40,601 nt of DNA from Octopus bimaculoides (Eukaryota), in contig NC_068990.1 in NCBI RefSeq assembly GCF_001194135.2, positions 49,213,556 through 49,254,156 on the forward strand. Direction: 5' to 3'. A model generated the notes under the pieces. It was not told the origin of the DNA. It did no database searches and saw nothing but the letters and a program-made list of their open reading frames with translations. Below, piece by piece: positions 1 to 13,487 of this stretch. The position numbers and the translations under genes are program-made. The number at the start of each line of letters is the position of its first letter. The stretch's first letter is position 1.

Positions 1-267
1 GCATATATTATATATACACACGCTCACACACAGATATACACATACTACATACATACACATACATACGTATTGATAATTAGTTTGAGAGCTGTTTGACCTG
101 TTATCTAATTGATTTTTTTTCACATAGTTTATGAAAAGAAATTTTCATTTCATATTGATGGGAATATGTATTTCCAAATAACTAAGTTAACCTGCTCTGT
201 CATTTAATATTTATTTGTTGCCTTTTATCCTTGTTATTAAATTTTGGACTCTATGTTTTTGTTGTAG

Positions 268-305
268 ATGTTGAGTCAATATTTCCTCCACAAAATGCGA
301 AATGA
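268..305 (+). other. Possible terminal coding exon of an unidentified host gene ((D)VESIFPPQNAK*)
   Basis: Pyrimidine-rich acceptor tttttgttgtag ends at 267; phase-1 reading gives VESIFPPQNAK then TGA at 303-305. About 2.2 kb with no recognisable TE follows. No homology recognised. Confidence 0.2.
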
Positions 306-2526
306 ATTTGAATCAAATGGAACATTCATTGTTTTGTTATATTTTCGATTTAATCAGCTCTATGATGAATTTCTTTTAAATCTTTGAAATTTTCCTCTTC
401 AAGTCTTTCTTTTTTCTTAAAATTCATTTTTTGACCACATATTTATCAGTTCATAGATATTTAATAAATCCTCTTGCGATGATCCTTAAAAGTATGTCTT
501 TTGTGTGCAATGGGATAAAATTGCCAATGAACAATCATTTTAGCTGGGAATTAGGGCTAATAATAATTTTTGTTATGGCAATAATTCATTTTCTTTACTT
601 CAATTCTCTGCTCATACCACCACTGTTGATAAAACAAAGGGCATTTTTTTTAATTAATTGGTCTTTAATTATGAATTGCTCTCTTTTAATCTACATCTGA
701 AATTTATAAAAAAAGACAGAACAACAACAAATATTTGCAGTGAAACTAATTAGAATTTAGCATAGCTGAGAAGTCTTCACAGAGTTTTAGTAAGCATGTC
801 TATGAAAGGGAATCTTGTGTGTAGTTCCTTTTAATGTAGACAAACTGCTGTCCTGGCAATAATTTTGCAGTTTCTTTTTTGTTTGTAGAGCTGGATAAAT
901 CCTCTAGTTTAACTTTATTCTTCATGACTGGTAAAATATAGAGTCCAGAAAACATGAACCCAGCAATCTCAGCTATTGACTATAGCACTCTACCACTCTT
1001 CATAAACAGGATCCAGTAAGGATATAAGTCAAAGGTTATGATGCCATTAAATGTTCATATAAAATAATATGTTCATGTGAATGATATAGCTATTTAAATA
1101 TGAGTTGATGTGGCCTGTAGAAAAGAGTAGGTGAATAGCTATTGCAGTATTAAATAAATGAATAGAAAGCGGCATATGCTTTTGTGTTTGTATATAAGTG
1201 TATGCAGACTCTTACTGTTAAGTAGAAACATTCAGTGTGTGTGTGTAGGGCAAATATTTTATAAGATATGACAAGAGTTAGCCCCGTTTTAAATGGTGCC
1301 TTAAATATAGTGAAAGAAACTGAAGATCTCATGGATTTATTTTTAAATGCTTTTGCTATTTGAATTTGGCAAACTTTAATTAAATAGTATGTACATGTCA
1401 CTGCAAATATTTGTATGTACTGAACTCCTGGGTTATGAATCAGGAATCCCTGTCTCACTGTCGACATTGTGTAATGTTGCTGGATCAGGTATGATGAGTT
1501 CTATTTGCTCTGTAGCCAAGATATTCTCAGATATATTCATGTGTTGTCTTTTGAATAATTGATACCAGCAATAATAAATGGAGAATTATTTACAAAACAT
1601 ACCAAGCTTATGTAATAGAAGTGTATACAATGATTTAAAATGCAAATGAAAGGTATTGTCATTTAAATGAAATATCTCATCTAATGTAACAAAGACAAAA
1701 TGTCTAGCTATTACTTGTGAACAGTTGTATGTATTACATTAATTCATAACCAAACCAAATCTAGCAACTGTTTTAATGAAAAAACTAGCAATTTAATTGA
1801 AGTATAATTGAGTCTTTACTGAACAATGCTTTTGTATTTCTCAGTACTTTCCAAAGTAGTTCTAAATGAAAATTTTCTTTGTCACATGCTGTTCATTGAT
1901 TAATAAAATAGATCAAATCACATATTTATCCTCTTATGTGCAATGAATTTTGAGGCAATAATGCAGTTCCTTTAAAATCATTTGAAATCGCAGCTAAAAT
2001 ATTTATAGAGAAACACTCCTTAAATACATTGTTTAGAAAATTGGTATGTGGAGAGTTAATTATTTATAATGTAAACATGATGACTTTACTTTTGATCTGA
2101 GTTAGTAAACTATTTGGTAAGTTTTATAAAATGATAAAAAGTTTCCCTAAGGTGACTAATCTTTTTTCTTGTGAAATGTGCTTTTTTTTAAGATTTATAA
2201 ATCTCTTTTCTTTTGTTGGTCTGGGTTGAATAGTTCTGAAAATGCAAAGATTCATATGATTTGTTGTGAATCTGGGTGTTTTATAACAGGATGACTATCC
2301 CAATGCAATTCAATAAGCCTTCAAAACAAGGAAAAAAAAAAAGAGAGTGATATCTCTTTCCTTGTGTTCCCATTAAGTAAACTGAAAGTTATCAGTTTGA
2401 AGCTGAAAAACGTCCAGATTATTTTTATTCATTTTGAAATATAGTAAAAGTTGATGTAAAAAACACTTCTATAAAAAATAAAATGTAGCATAAACTTTAG
2501 GCTTTGTGTCCATCATTGTACTACTA

Positions 2527-4020
2527 TGAGGTCTGTTCAAAAAGAAACCAAACTTTTAAAACAACATTCTAATCAACCAGCTGAGGGTGCTTTTGACTGT
2601 ACAGCTGTTTATGAGTGCCCTTGTTCTTCAGTCTAATAATAACTGAATGATATCATGTCATTTGGTCAGTGATCTGCATTTGCTAGAGTGAATGTATATT
2701 TAGTCTACTTGGTAATTTGTCACAAGTTGAACAATGAAGGAATTGAAAGATAATGTGTTTACCTGAAATTCTATTTCAGATTGAGAAAAGCTTTAATGCA
2801 AATTCTTTTAATGTTAGACCAGGCTTACAAGAAAGATTATTTGAGCTGTATGCAATGTCATGAGTGGCACCAATGTTTCAAATTGAAAAGAAGATTTACT
2901 GAAGGTGATCCCAAGTCTGGATGATCCCTTCTGTGATGATGACTAATGATCACATTGTGAAAATGTGAGTGGTCATCTATGAAAATCATTGCTTGATTGT
3001 TTGTAAAGTTTTCAAAGAAGTAAGCATCTGCAAAATTTTGAGCCACGTGGATTTTTTATCCTTTAGCATTTAAACTGGCCATATCCAGCCAAAATATTCT
3101 CAAAATATCTTCAAACCAGCCAAATTTAGCTTCTCACACTTACACTACAATGTCGTTCTAAAAATAAACAATCACATCATCATAATCTTGAAGCTACAAG
3201 ACAATGCATAATTAATTTAAAACAATGTGAATGAATAAGTCTTACATCTGACAGAAAAATCTGAATACAAAAGGGTTAAAGAAAATTTGAGGATGTATTT
3301 AAGCTGCCTCAAAATTTCAGCTGCATCTACTGACAGATGAACAAAATGAGAACTAATTTGCAGTCTGTCAAGAGCTGTTTGGTTATTCAAATGCTGATGA
3401 GAACTTTCTGAAAGCTGTCATAACAGGGGATGAAATGTGAGTCTTTGGCTATGATGTTGAAACAAAACGGCAGTCATTGCAGTGATTTGGGTCATCATTA
3501 CTGGAGCTCCCCAAAAGTAAGTCAGTGTTTTCTATTCGGAGGGTATTATTTGTGATGAGTTTGCTCCGTGTCATCCTACAATCAACAAAACATTCTACTT
3601 GGATGAGCTGAGGAAGTTTGAAGGAAGAAATCTCAGGTATGAATGAACAAAACCTTGATACTGCCCCACAAGAACAAACTTGCTCGTGTGTCTCTTTTTA
3701 ACAGTGACTTTTTCGAAAAGTTTGAGATGACTTTCATTTCACAGCCACTCATTAGATTTTGCCTCAATGGACATTTTTGTTCTCAGAGTTAAAACCCACT
3801 CTAAAAGGTCACCAATTCCAAATGCTAAGAGAAATCGAAGAAAATTAACTCTGAGATTGTGTGTTACTCTGAAAAATGCATTTCAGACCTAACCCAAACT
3901 GTGTATCAACAATGAGGAAGAACTATTTTGATGGTGACAAATTTGATTAAATTGTTTGTAAAGCAGTAAATTTGTTTTTCAGAAGAAAGTTTGGTTTGGT
4001 TTGTTTTTGGACAGAGCATG
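2527..4020 (+). mobile_element. Decayed mariner DNA transposon, near full length
   Basis: TA-flanked imperfect TIRs (tgaggtctgttcaaaaagaaaccaaac / gtttggtttgtttttggacagagcatg). Degenerate transposase motifs CHEWHQCFK (~2865) and VITGDEM*VFGYDVETKRQS (~3417), with many stops and frameshifts. Confidence 0.85.
3060..3275. mobile_element. TTAA-type (piggyBac-like) MITE nested in the mariner
   Basis: Ends ttat|cctttagcattt ... aatacaaaaggg|ttaa; it interrupts the mariner coding region. Confidence 0.6.
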
Positions 4021-4369
4021 TAGATTTAAGAATTGATTTAACATTCACCACTCAAAATAAATAAATGAAAAGTATAACATAGAACTAATACGAAAATTTA
4101 CTTTGATAGTGTATTTGAAAGTATTTCAGTATTTGAAAGTATTTCAAAGACTATTAACAGATTTTTTGCCCCCACCATCTTCTGGTCTTCTGACTGGGAA
4201 ATTGATCAAGGGAAGAAAGAAAAAACACTTGGTATATTTATAACATTCTCTGACACATATACATACGTGTGTGTGTGAGATTGTGTGCGTGTGCGTGCAT
4301 GCATGCATGTGTATTTTGTGTCTGCATATGTAGCTAGATAGATGCACATGGTGTATACTGACATCATGC

Positions 4370-4570
4370 TCCCACAGACTCAATTTTGCCATGATGGGCA
4401 GGTCTTCTCGAACACTGCATATTGTCAATGACCCCCTTTGTCACCTCTTCCATGAGATTCAAACTCTTGAGATAATTCTTCACCACTTCATTTCATATCT
4501 TCACAACTTACATCCACCTTAAATGATTAGCACTTCTTTATACAGCTGTCCTCATCTAGACACATCACTA
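4370..4570 (-). mobile_element. Old RTE LINE 3' fragment
   Basis: Reverse complement resembles the 3' part of the RTE copy at 19200-19400 (gatgaggacagctgt...gaagtggtgaag...gagaagacc). Confidence 0.45.
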
Positions 4571-4614
4571 GATCATACCTGTGAAATCTCTCTTGTAGAC
4601 TACATTTAATTCCT

Positions 4615-5590
4615 CCTATAGGGAGGGTGGTGAACCAGTTCAAAGCCACAGTCATGTACTGCAATCACTGAAAACAAAGATTTGCATGCTGCAGCACTGC
4701 CCAGATGAAACAAGACTCCTTTTGTCGGTTTTCCTGGGCATTTGGTCCTGATAGCCTTTCATAACTGCCCCAACAATTTGGCATAGTACTCTCCATTGAT
4801 GGTGTGGTCCTTTTGAAGATAGTCAATGAATATAATACCTCTTACATCCCAGAAAACTGAGGCCATCACTTTCCCTGCAGACGAAATGACCTTGGCCTTA
4901 TTTGGAGCAGGTCAGGAGGGGTGTTTCCACTGCATGAATTGTCTCTTTGTCTCTGGCTCAAAGTGATGAAGCCAACACTCATCCTGGGTTTGGAAATGTT
5001 TAAGGAAATCAGCTGGATCTGTCAAAGAAATGTTCAAGGAAACCTCAGACAATGTCAGATTTTCCAGTGATGCAATCAGCCTAGTGTACCTTTGATCAGG
5101 TGTCAGAATATGTGGCACCTACCAAACAGAAACTTTCATTGTGCAGAATATTCTCAACTCTCTAACATGATACCATGTAGTGAACATGATCAATGTTTTC
5201 CTCAGAGGTTGCAGTTGCCAGATGTCCAGCTGTTGGATCACCCTCAAGATTCTTCCTTCCCTTTCTAAATTCAGTTGCTCACTTTTGCATTGTTGATTAA
5301 ACTGAAGCATCATCCCCTAATTTAACTACCATATCAGCATGAATATTCTTGGGGCTAAAGCTATTTTCTGCAAGTACTTGCTAACACCATGATGCTAAGT
5401 TTTGTCCATTTTCAAGAGAAGTCACTACTAGTTAATTCTGAAAACTTCTTTGAACAGTCACATGTCAGTTTACCTGCAAAGAAACAATGCAATTATTAAT
5501 AAGATTTGAAATTAACATATGCAAGATCTTACAGCTCTAATGTCACTCCTTCATAGTCAGCTTATGAACTTTTCAGCCTATCCTCTTGTG
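4615..5590 (-). mobile_element. Mariner transposon fragment (5' TIR plus transposase to HPPY)
   Basis: ORF 4912-5118 reads PHILTPDQR...FQTQDECWLHHFEPETKRQFMQWKHPS, the first catalytic-Asp region. HHPPY at ~4620. TIR-like gaacttttcagc...ctc at ~5565-5590. Confidence 0.85.
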
Positions 5591-5599
5591 TATGTGTAA

Positions 5600-5945
5600 G
5601 CAGGAGTGGCTGTGTGGTAAGGAATTTGCTTCCCAACCACATGGTCCTGGGTTCAGTCCCACTGCATGTCAACTTGGGCAAGCATCTTCTACTATAACCG
5701 TCAGCCACCTAAAGCCTTGTGAGTCGATTTGGTAGGCAGAAACCGAGAGAAGCCCATCATATATATATATATACATGAATAAATGGAGCTTGTACGAAAC
5801 GTACGTACTACTATAACCTATTGAATTTTTGTTGCTTATCTTCAAATTTTATTCACCAAATCTCTTGATTTTGTTTTTGGTTTTTACCCTACCAAATTCT
5901 GGTGCCTCAAACATTTTAAGTACCACATTTAATCTTTTGATTAAA

Positions 5946-5980
<35 letters not shown>

Positions 5981-6210
5981 CTGTGTATGTATGTATTTGT
6001 GTGTCTGTGTTTGTCCCCCCACCATCACTCGACAACTGATGTTGGTGTGTTTACCTCCCCGTAAGCTAGCGGTTCAGCAAAAGAGATCAATACAATAAGT
6101 ACTAGGCTTACAAAGAATGTCCTGGGGTCGATTTGCTTGACTAAAGGCAGATTAACAGTAAGGCTACATTCATACATTCAAATGACTGAAACAAGTAAAA
6201 GAATACAAGA
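5600..6210 (+). mobile_element. tRNA-derived SINE (cephalopod type) with an internal insertion
   Basis: Head gcaggagtggctgtgtggtaag...gggttcagtcccactg, central aaagccttgtgagt...gaagccc, (TA)n, 3' gactgaaacaagtaaaagaata. Matches the copy at 17436. Confidence 0.85.
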
Positions 6211-6261
6211 ATATATATATATGTATATATACAGATATTTATATACACATATATAGATGTA

Positions 6262-6301
<40 letters not shown>

Positions 6302-7466
6302 CATGTACCTTTTTACACACACACACACATATATGTACATGTATATATGTGTATATGTATGAGTCTTCAGAAATGAATTAATAAGTACACATATAATACC
6401 CCAAGGTACATTTTTTTTTCTCTGAAGAAATTATGCTCATGTCACATAAATGCAAATTTTATTTACAAATTTACAATTAAATTATTGAGTATTAATTGAA
6501 ATGGCTGTAACAAGTGAAGATGAACAATTTGTTAATAATAAATAATTGTTAACTTCTATATCTCAAGAGCAAGCACATAAATGTGAAACAAGGTAGAAAA
6601 TATAGTACTGGGGGTAGAGTAATATGTTTTCTTAATAAAGCTGCAAAGACATCACAAAAACTGTTACTCAGAGTTTCATGTTCCTGTTCATTGGACAGTT
6701 TTGGTTCAGAATAGAACAAAAGTAAGGTTATATTTATAAGTATACAATTACGTTGATAGATACTCATTTGAAATTAGTTTTGTTTCATTGCTCCTTTTTA
6801 ACTAACGGTCTTTTCAATAGCTAGTCATATGAAATTAAAATCACAATTCAAAATCATATTATTTAACATTAAAGAAAACCTTAATAAAAAATTAGCTTCA
6901 GTAGAAGGAAAAATCCTGTATATTCAGGGTAAATTAATTAATGGTAAAGTAAATTTAGATTAAAAAGACATGTCCGTTTAAAGTAAAAATGTTTACAAAG
7001 AACTAATATCATAAAAATATATATACATTTAGTAATACATACACATACCAAAAAACCTATATATACATATATACACTAAATATACAAACGTTGGTACATG
7101 ACTGTAGGCATATACAAACAAATACAGGCAAGACATATATCTACACTATAATGGAGAAAGCTGCTTATTAAGTAGGTATGTAACAATTACTAAAAGTAAT
7201 AAAAGAAAGCAATTATTAAAGAGTTGACCATCTGGAAATGTTTTTATAAATTCATGTTCTAAGAAATTTCCTATAATTTTGATTTCTCAAGTTTATTGAA
7301 TTTTTTAACTCTAATATCTCGCAAATTTAAATATTCATTGCATTCACTGCGGAGTATTCCATTTTCNNNNNNNNNNNNNNNNNNNNNNNNNNNNNNNNNN
7401 NNNNNNNNNNNNNNNNNNNNNNNNNNNNNNNNNNNNNNNNNNNNNNNNNNNNNNNNNNNNNNNNNN

Positions 7467-7505
7467 CATGCTAGCATGGAAAGCGGACGTTAAACGACGA
7501 CGATT
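7467..7505 (+). mobile_element. RTE/SINE 3' tail emerging from an assembly gap
   Basis: catgctagcatggaaagcggacgttaaacgacgacgat matches the tails at 19890-19949 and 39950-39995. Confidence 0.7.
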
Positions 7506-7880
7506 TCAAAACAGGAGATTGGAAAACTTTTTGGTATTATTTATTTGCTGTTACATGTGTTTCATTTGGTATTAGGGGTTACAAATATATACATGTAGCA
7601 GAAAACATGTAAGATATCTCCTATTAGAAATTCTTGAGATAGAAAATCAAAATGTACATTTGGATGAAGTGTTTATATATAGTTAGTAATCAGGAGTCCT
7701 TTAGATAGTTAGAGGGAAGAAAAACATATCTAGTCATAGAGAAAAGAGAGAGAGGGTAATAGAATGAAGTATTAAGTAAACACATATAGACAATTATGCA
7801 TATGTACACACACACATATATACACACATACATGCACATATATATATTTATATATTCATATATACACATTATATATATAT

Positions 7881-8425
7881 AAGGTGGTACTCCAGCATGG
7901 CTGCAGTGAAATGGCAGAAACAAGTAAAAAAAGAAAGAAAGAATATANNNNNNNNNNAAATCCACTTACAAGGCTTTGGTCGGCCTGAGGCTATAGTAGA
8001 AGACACTACTTGCCCAAGGTACCGCACATATATACATAGCCACATAGACATGTATACACACATTTACATATTAAATTATATATATGAGAAAGCAGATATA
8101 TCTATATGTGTATAAATATATATCATATATACATATNNNNNNNNNNAAATCGACCCCAGGACTTATTCTTTGTAAGCCTAGTACTTATTCTATCACCCTT
8201 TTCACTGAACCGCTAAGTTATGGGGACACACACACACACACCAGCATCGGTTGTCCAGTGATGTTGGAGGGATAAGCACAGACAGACAAACATATACACA
8301 CACATACATATACATATACACATATACAACAGGCTTCTTTCAGTTTCTGTCTACCAAATCCACTTACAAGGCTTTGGTCGGCCTGAGGCTATAGTAGAAG
8401 ACACTACTTGCCCAAGGTACCGCAC
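7881..8425. mobile_element. SINE fragments: plus-strand 3' end at 7881-7945 and a minus-strand copy at ~8147-8425, broken by gaps
   Basis: Same motifs as the SINE at 17436 (aaggtggtactccagcatggctgcag; reverse complement of gtagacggaaactgaaagaagcc). Confidence 0.75.
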
Positions 8426-8575
8426 ATATATACATAGCCACATAGACATGTATACACACATTTACNNNNNNNNNNNNNNNNNNNNNNNNNNNNNNNNNNN
8501 NTTACATATTAAATTATATATATGAGAAAGCAGATATATCTATATGTGTATAAATATATATCATATATACATATA

Positions 8576-11500
8576 TCATCATCATTTAACATCTGCTTTC
8601 CATGTTGGCATGGGTTGGATGGTTTGACTGAAAACTGGTAAGCCAGTGGGCTGCACCAGGTTCTGATCTGATTTGGCAAGGTTTCTACGGCTGGATGCCC
8701 TTCCTAACACCAACAACTCCGAGAGTATAATGGTTGTTTTTCACATGCCACTGGCATGGGTGCCAATGACCTGAAACCGGCATCAACCACAACTACAGTC
8801 TCACTTGGCTTGACAGGTCTACACAAGCATGGTATATCGCCAAAGGTCTTGGTCACCTGTCACTGCCTCCATTTGGCCCAACACTTGAATGGTGCTTTTT
8901 ACATGCCACCAGCACAGGTACCAGTTAGACAGCATTGGCATCAGCCACAACTATGATTTCACTGTTTGACAGGTCATCACAAGCACAGCATATCACTCAA
9001 CGATTGAAGGATGCTTTTAATGGGCCAGTTATGCAACACTGGCAACTATGATCTCACTTGGCTTGATGTCACTGCCTCCATGAGGCCCAATGCTCGAATG
9101 GTGCTTTTTACATACCACCAGATTGGGTGCCAGTCAGATGGCACTGACATGGTTTGATAGGTCTCCACAAGCACACTATATCACCCAACAATTGAAGGGT
9201 ACTTTTAAAGGGCCAGTTATGCAACACTGACATCAGCCATGAGTATGATCTCACTTGGTTTGTGGTATCAGCTACGACTATGCTTTCACTTGGCTTTGAT
9301 GGGTCTTCTCAAGCATAATGTCTCGGTCGCTTGTCATTGCCCCTGTGAGGCCCAACATTAAAAGGTCGTGCTTCATCAACTTGTCCTATGTCTTCCTGGT
9401 TCTACCTCTTCCACAAGTTCTCTCCACCATTAGAGTGCGATACTTCTTCACACAGCTGTGCATATGCATCACATGACCATACCAGTGTGGTTGTCTCTGT
9501 TGCACACCAAATTTGATGCTTCTTATGTTCAACTTTTCTCACAGGATGCTTACACTCTGTCATGCATGCACACTGACATTACACATCCTGTGGAGCACAC
9601 TAGCTTCATTTCTTACAAGCCTACACATGTCCTCGGCAGTCACAGCTCATGTTTCACTGCTGTGTAGCGTGGCTGTTTGCACACAAGCATCACACAGTCT
9701 GCCTTTCACTCTGAGCGAGAGGCCCTTTGTTACCAGCAGAGGTGGGAGCTTTCTGAACTTTGTCCAGTCTATTCTTATTCTAGCAGCTATGCTCTCAGAG
9801 CATCCATTCCTGCTACTGACTTGGTTGCCTAATTAACAAAAGCTATCAACTACTTCTAGTTTTTCCTCTTGGCAGTGACGGAATCTATTTGCTGTACATT
9901 TTTGGTGTTTATTGTACCCGTGCACCTTCCACACACAAAAAATATCTGACCTGTTAACCTTCCTTTGATATTGTTCTACCTTCTATGTGTCCATAGCTTA
10001 CACTAGATACATCCTATGGAGTTTCTACCTATGCCTTTTCTACGGATTGAGCAGGGCCATCTACCTGAAGGTACTATCTGCCTTCCTACTTACTAAGACT
10101 TTGGTTTTTGCTAGGTTAATTCTGAGGCCATTTGATTCTAGACTTTGTTTCCACTCCTGAAACTTCTCTAGTTCTGGTAGTGATTCAGCTATTAGAACAA
10201 GGTCATCAGTACAGAGGAGCACCCAGGGGCAGCTTGTCTTGAATTCCTCTCTTATTGCCTGGAAGACTATGATGAACAAGAGGGGGCTAAAGACTGATCC
10301 TTGGTGAAGCCTTACTTGTATCCTAAATTATTCACTATACTTCTTGCCAATCTTCATCTTACTGACAGCATCTCTGTACAAGGCTTCTACAGCTCTCACC
10401 AATCACTCATCTATCCGCAGTTTCTGCATTGACCACCAAATAAAGAATTAGGGGACCCTGTCAAAGGCTTTGTCCATGTCAATGAAAGCCAAGTACAGAG
10501 GTTTATCTTTGGCTAGGAATTTCTCCTGCAGCTGTCTTACCAGAAATATAGCATCAGTGGTGCTTCTCTCTGGTATGAAACCAAACTGTATCTAAACTAA
10601 CTCCCTCCCTAATTAGTTGGGCTGTGACCCTCTCTGTGACTTCCATCACCTGATCCAACAATTTGATACCTGTGTAATTATTCCTATCTTGTGCGTTACT
10701 TTCACCTTTGTAGCAGCTGATTATGGTGCTGCTACACCAGTCATTAGGTATGACTCCATCATGTATCACCTGGTTAACTATATGGGTGACTAGACTTTAA
10801 CCTACACCACCAGATATTTTAAGCATGTCAGTAGTGATTCCTGATGGGCCAGGGACTTTTCCTGTCTTCATATCCTTAATTGCATTATTTACCAAGCTAC
10901 TGTTAATTTGGAGAGCTGGTCCCTCTATTGGGTTGACATTCGGTAGGCTCTCTTTCTCCCATTCAATCTCTTTCTTTGCAGCATCATTAAATGCAAGTGA
11001 GCTGTCATCCATGTGGACACATTTCTCTCCTATGACATCGCAATTTTCTCTCACACACTATCTTGCAGTTCAAAACACTTCAAGTCTCTAGTCCTCATGA
11101 TGCAGAATATTGGCAAATGCCTTCTTTTCTACTTCCCCTCTGGCCAAGTAAACCTATCTCCTTGCTTCCCTTCAGGCAATCTGATACAGTTCCCTGCTAC
11201 CACTACACTTCAAGTCCTTCCATGCCTGCTTCTTTACCCTAATGGCCGTCAACTACATTGTTCCACCACCATGTTACCTTAGGTTGAGAGGGACTTTGCT
11301 CCAGCCACATATTTGGTAAGTGACCCTCAAATGGTTGTCCTGTAGGGACCTCCAGTTGTCTTCCACATTATGCAATGCTATATCCTCTTTTTCATCAAAA
11401 TCTTCAAGTAATACATCTCTAAATCTCTGTCCATTTGGAGGATTCTTAAGCTTCCGACCCTTCTTTTCTACACTGGTCGTCTTCTGGGCAGCCATTTAGT

Positions 11501-12200
11501 CTTGAAGTAGCTAACAACTAACCTATGTAGTTGGGTGTATTCTTCACCTGGCAAAGTTGTAGCATTTATAAACAGCCATCTTTCTTGTTTCCTGGCAAGA
11601 ATGTAGTCAATCTGACTAATGTTGCCCACTGGACTGGTAGGTGAACAGGTGACTGGCAGGTTTCCTGAAGTTAGTATTACAGATCATAAGATCATTTGCA
11701 TCACAGAACTCCAGCAGCCTGGTTCCCTCCTCATTGCAGGAACCAAATCCATAACCACCATGCACACTATGGAAGCTCCCCAGATGTTGTTTAACATGCC
11801 CATTGAAATTGCCTGCTCAAAGAGAAGGTTCCTGTCATTTGTCGACGAGGTAGTCAGCAAGAGGATGTTATAAAATCTTTCTGTTCATCAGGTAGCCCTA
11901 GCGGAGGGTCAGAGGCCAAGATAATGGTTGCTATTCCATGTTGCGGCACTAATCTAAACTTAAGTATTCTATCACAGACTCTGACTACCTCAATTACCTT
12001 ATCAACCCATTTCTCAGCAAGGAGTATACCCATATCCCCAACTCCATCAGTGTTCCCTACCTAGGAAATCTTATACCTATGTTCTTTGCCTGTGAGGTAC
12101 CTAGCAGAACCTCCTCTCCTCCTTACCTCTTGGATGCAACACAACTCAACATGCCTCCGTTCAAGCATCTCACATACATACATACTTGGTCATATACTTA
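8576..12200 (-). mobile_element. RTE-clade LINE, near full length, decayed (APE endonuclease + RT + 3' UTR + (GAT)n tail)
   Basis: Minus-strand EMLERRHVELCCIQEV (APE) at ~12170; KTGKVPGPSGIT, IPNDWCSSTIISCYKG, LAFIDMDKAFDRVP and LLCTDDLVLIAE (RT); tail ...ggaaagcagatgttaaatgatgatgat. Many stops and indels. Confidence 0.92.
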
Positions 12201-12579
12201 GATTGACATAAGCCTTTTGTATAGATAGAAAGTGCTACTATGATGAATGCTGAAAAAATGCACTTAAAAAAAGGCAAATTTACTTTCATGCAAAATCAAT
12301 ACATAAACAAGCAGCATTTTTAGTGTCTGTATAGACAGACACACATATATACATATGTGCACATACATATACTGCCTCTTACAACATTGATGCAGACATC
12401 CAGGTAGAATTTCTAAAGCCAGATGCTCTTTCTACTAGCAATCGTCACCTTTTTCCAAGCAAGGCAACATTTCACCTTGGAAGACATAAAAACAAACAAC
12501 ATCACTTGTATGACAATTATGCTTATTTACAATCATCATGTGAGGTCAAGACAAAGGGGTTCATGCATGCGCACGCACG

Positions 12580-12583
<4 letters not shown>

Positions 12584-12677
<94 letters not shown>
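12584..12677. repeat. (CA)n microsatellite
   Basis: Perfect CA run of about 47 units. Confidence 0.97.
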
Positions 12678-12678
<1 letters not shown>

Positions 12679-12884
12679 TCAGATGTAACAAGACTATACA
12701 CATGCATAACATGCTACACATATGAGTAGATGAAACACAACCTGAAATCTAATGAAGTCATAATAGCTATATTAACCATTTAATTAACAGCTGACGTCTG
12801 TTTTATACAACTGTATGTAAAAGATGTTGCTCAAGTGACTGTATTACTTTCATTGTATATTGTCACATTTAAAGAATAATTTTA

Positions 12885-13080
12885 CAGGGAGGAGGCAAGT
12901 TGATCACGTTGACACCAATACTTGACTGGTACTTTATTTTATTGGCCCTGGACGAATGAAAGGTAAAGTCGACTTTAATAGGATCTGAACTTATGACTTA
13001 ACAAATTGGAAAAAATACCACCAGACATTTTGTCCAACACTCTAATAATGTTACCACCTTGCTGCTTTTGTGGCATCTTA
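12885..13080 (-). mobile_element. Second SINE-like family, old copy
   Basis: ggtactttatttt...gaatgaaaggtaaagtcgac core shared with 25450-25590, 32960-33060 and 39215-39420. Confidence 0.6.
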
Positions 13081-13183
13081 AAAGCAACAACATTACCCGT
13101 TATTAATAGGTAATGGCCAGTTCAACAAGTCAGCATGACACTGATGATGTTGATGATGGTGATGGTGATATACATAAACTCAT

Positions 13184-13334
13184 CAATAGTGTAGCTACTG
13201 GGGGATGATTGGGTAGTCTACCTTGGGGCAGCACTTTTGGGTCTTTAGTATAAGCCTGTATAGGGGGTAAGGGTAATGAGTGGTGGAAAACACAAGGGCT
13301 GCCCCAGGCAGCACACATGCTAGCTATGCTACTG
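13184..13334. mobile_element. Short MITE with decayed TIRs
   Basis: caatagtgtagcta ... tagctatgctactg imperfect inverted ends; internal ggggcagc/gctgcccc inverted pair; possible 8-bp TSD aaactcat/acacacat (6/8). Confidence 0.45.
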
Positions 13335-13445
13335 ACACACATACATACATACATACATACATACACACGTACGTATGTATGTGTGTATGTATGTATGTGT
13401 GTATGTATGTGTGTATGTATGTACTATGTATGTATGTACTATGTA

Positions 13446-13476
<31 letters not shown>

Positions 13477-13487
13477 ATAGATATATA
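13335..13487. repeat. Compound (CATA)n/(TATG)n/(TG)n microsatellite
   Basis: Direct inspection. Confidence 0.95.

Noticed and set aside
431-700. 89-aa hydrophobic ORF
   Set aside because: TTG start, composition explained by T-richness, no recognisable motif.
7958-8575. Apparent tandem duplication (7958-8136 vs 8356-8575)
   Set aside because: Identical copies abut N gaps, which is typical of unmerged contig overlap.
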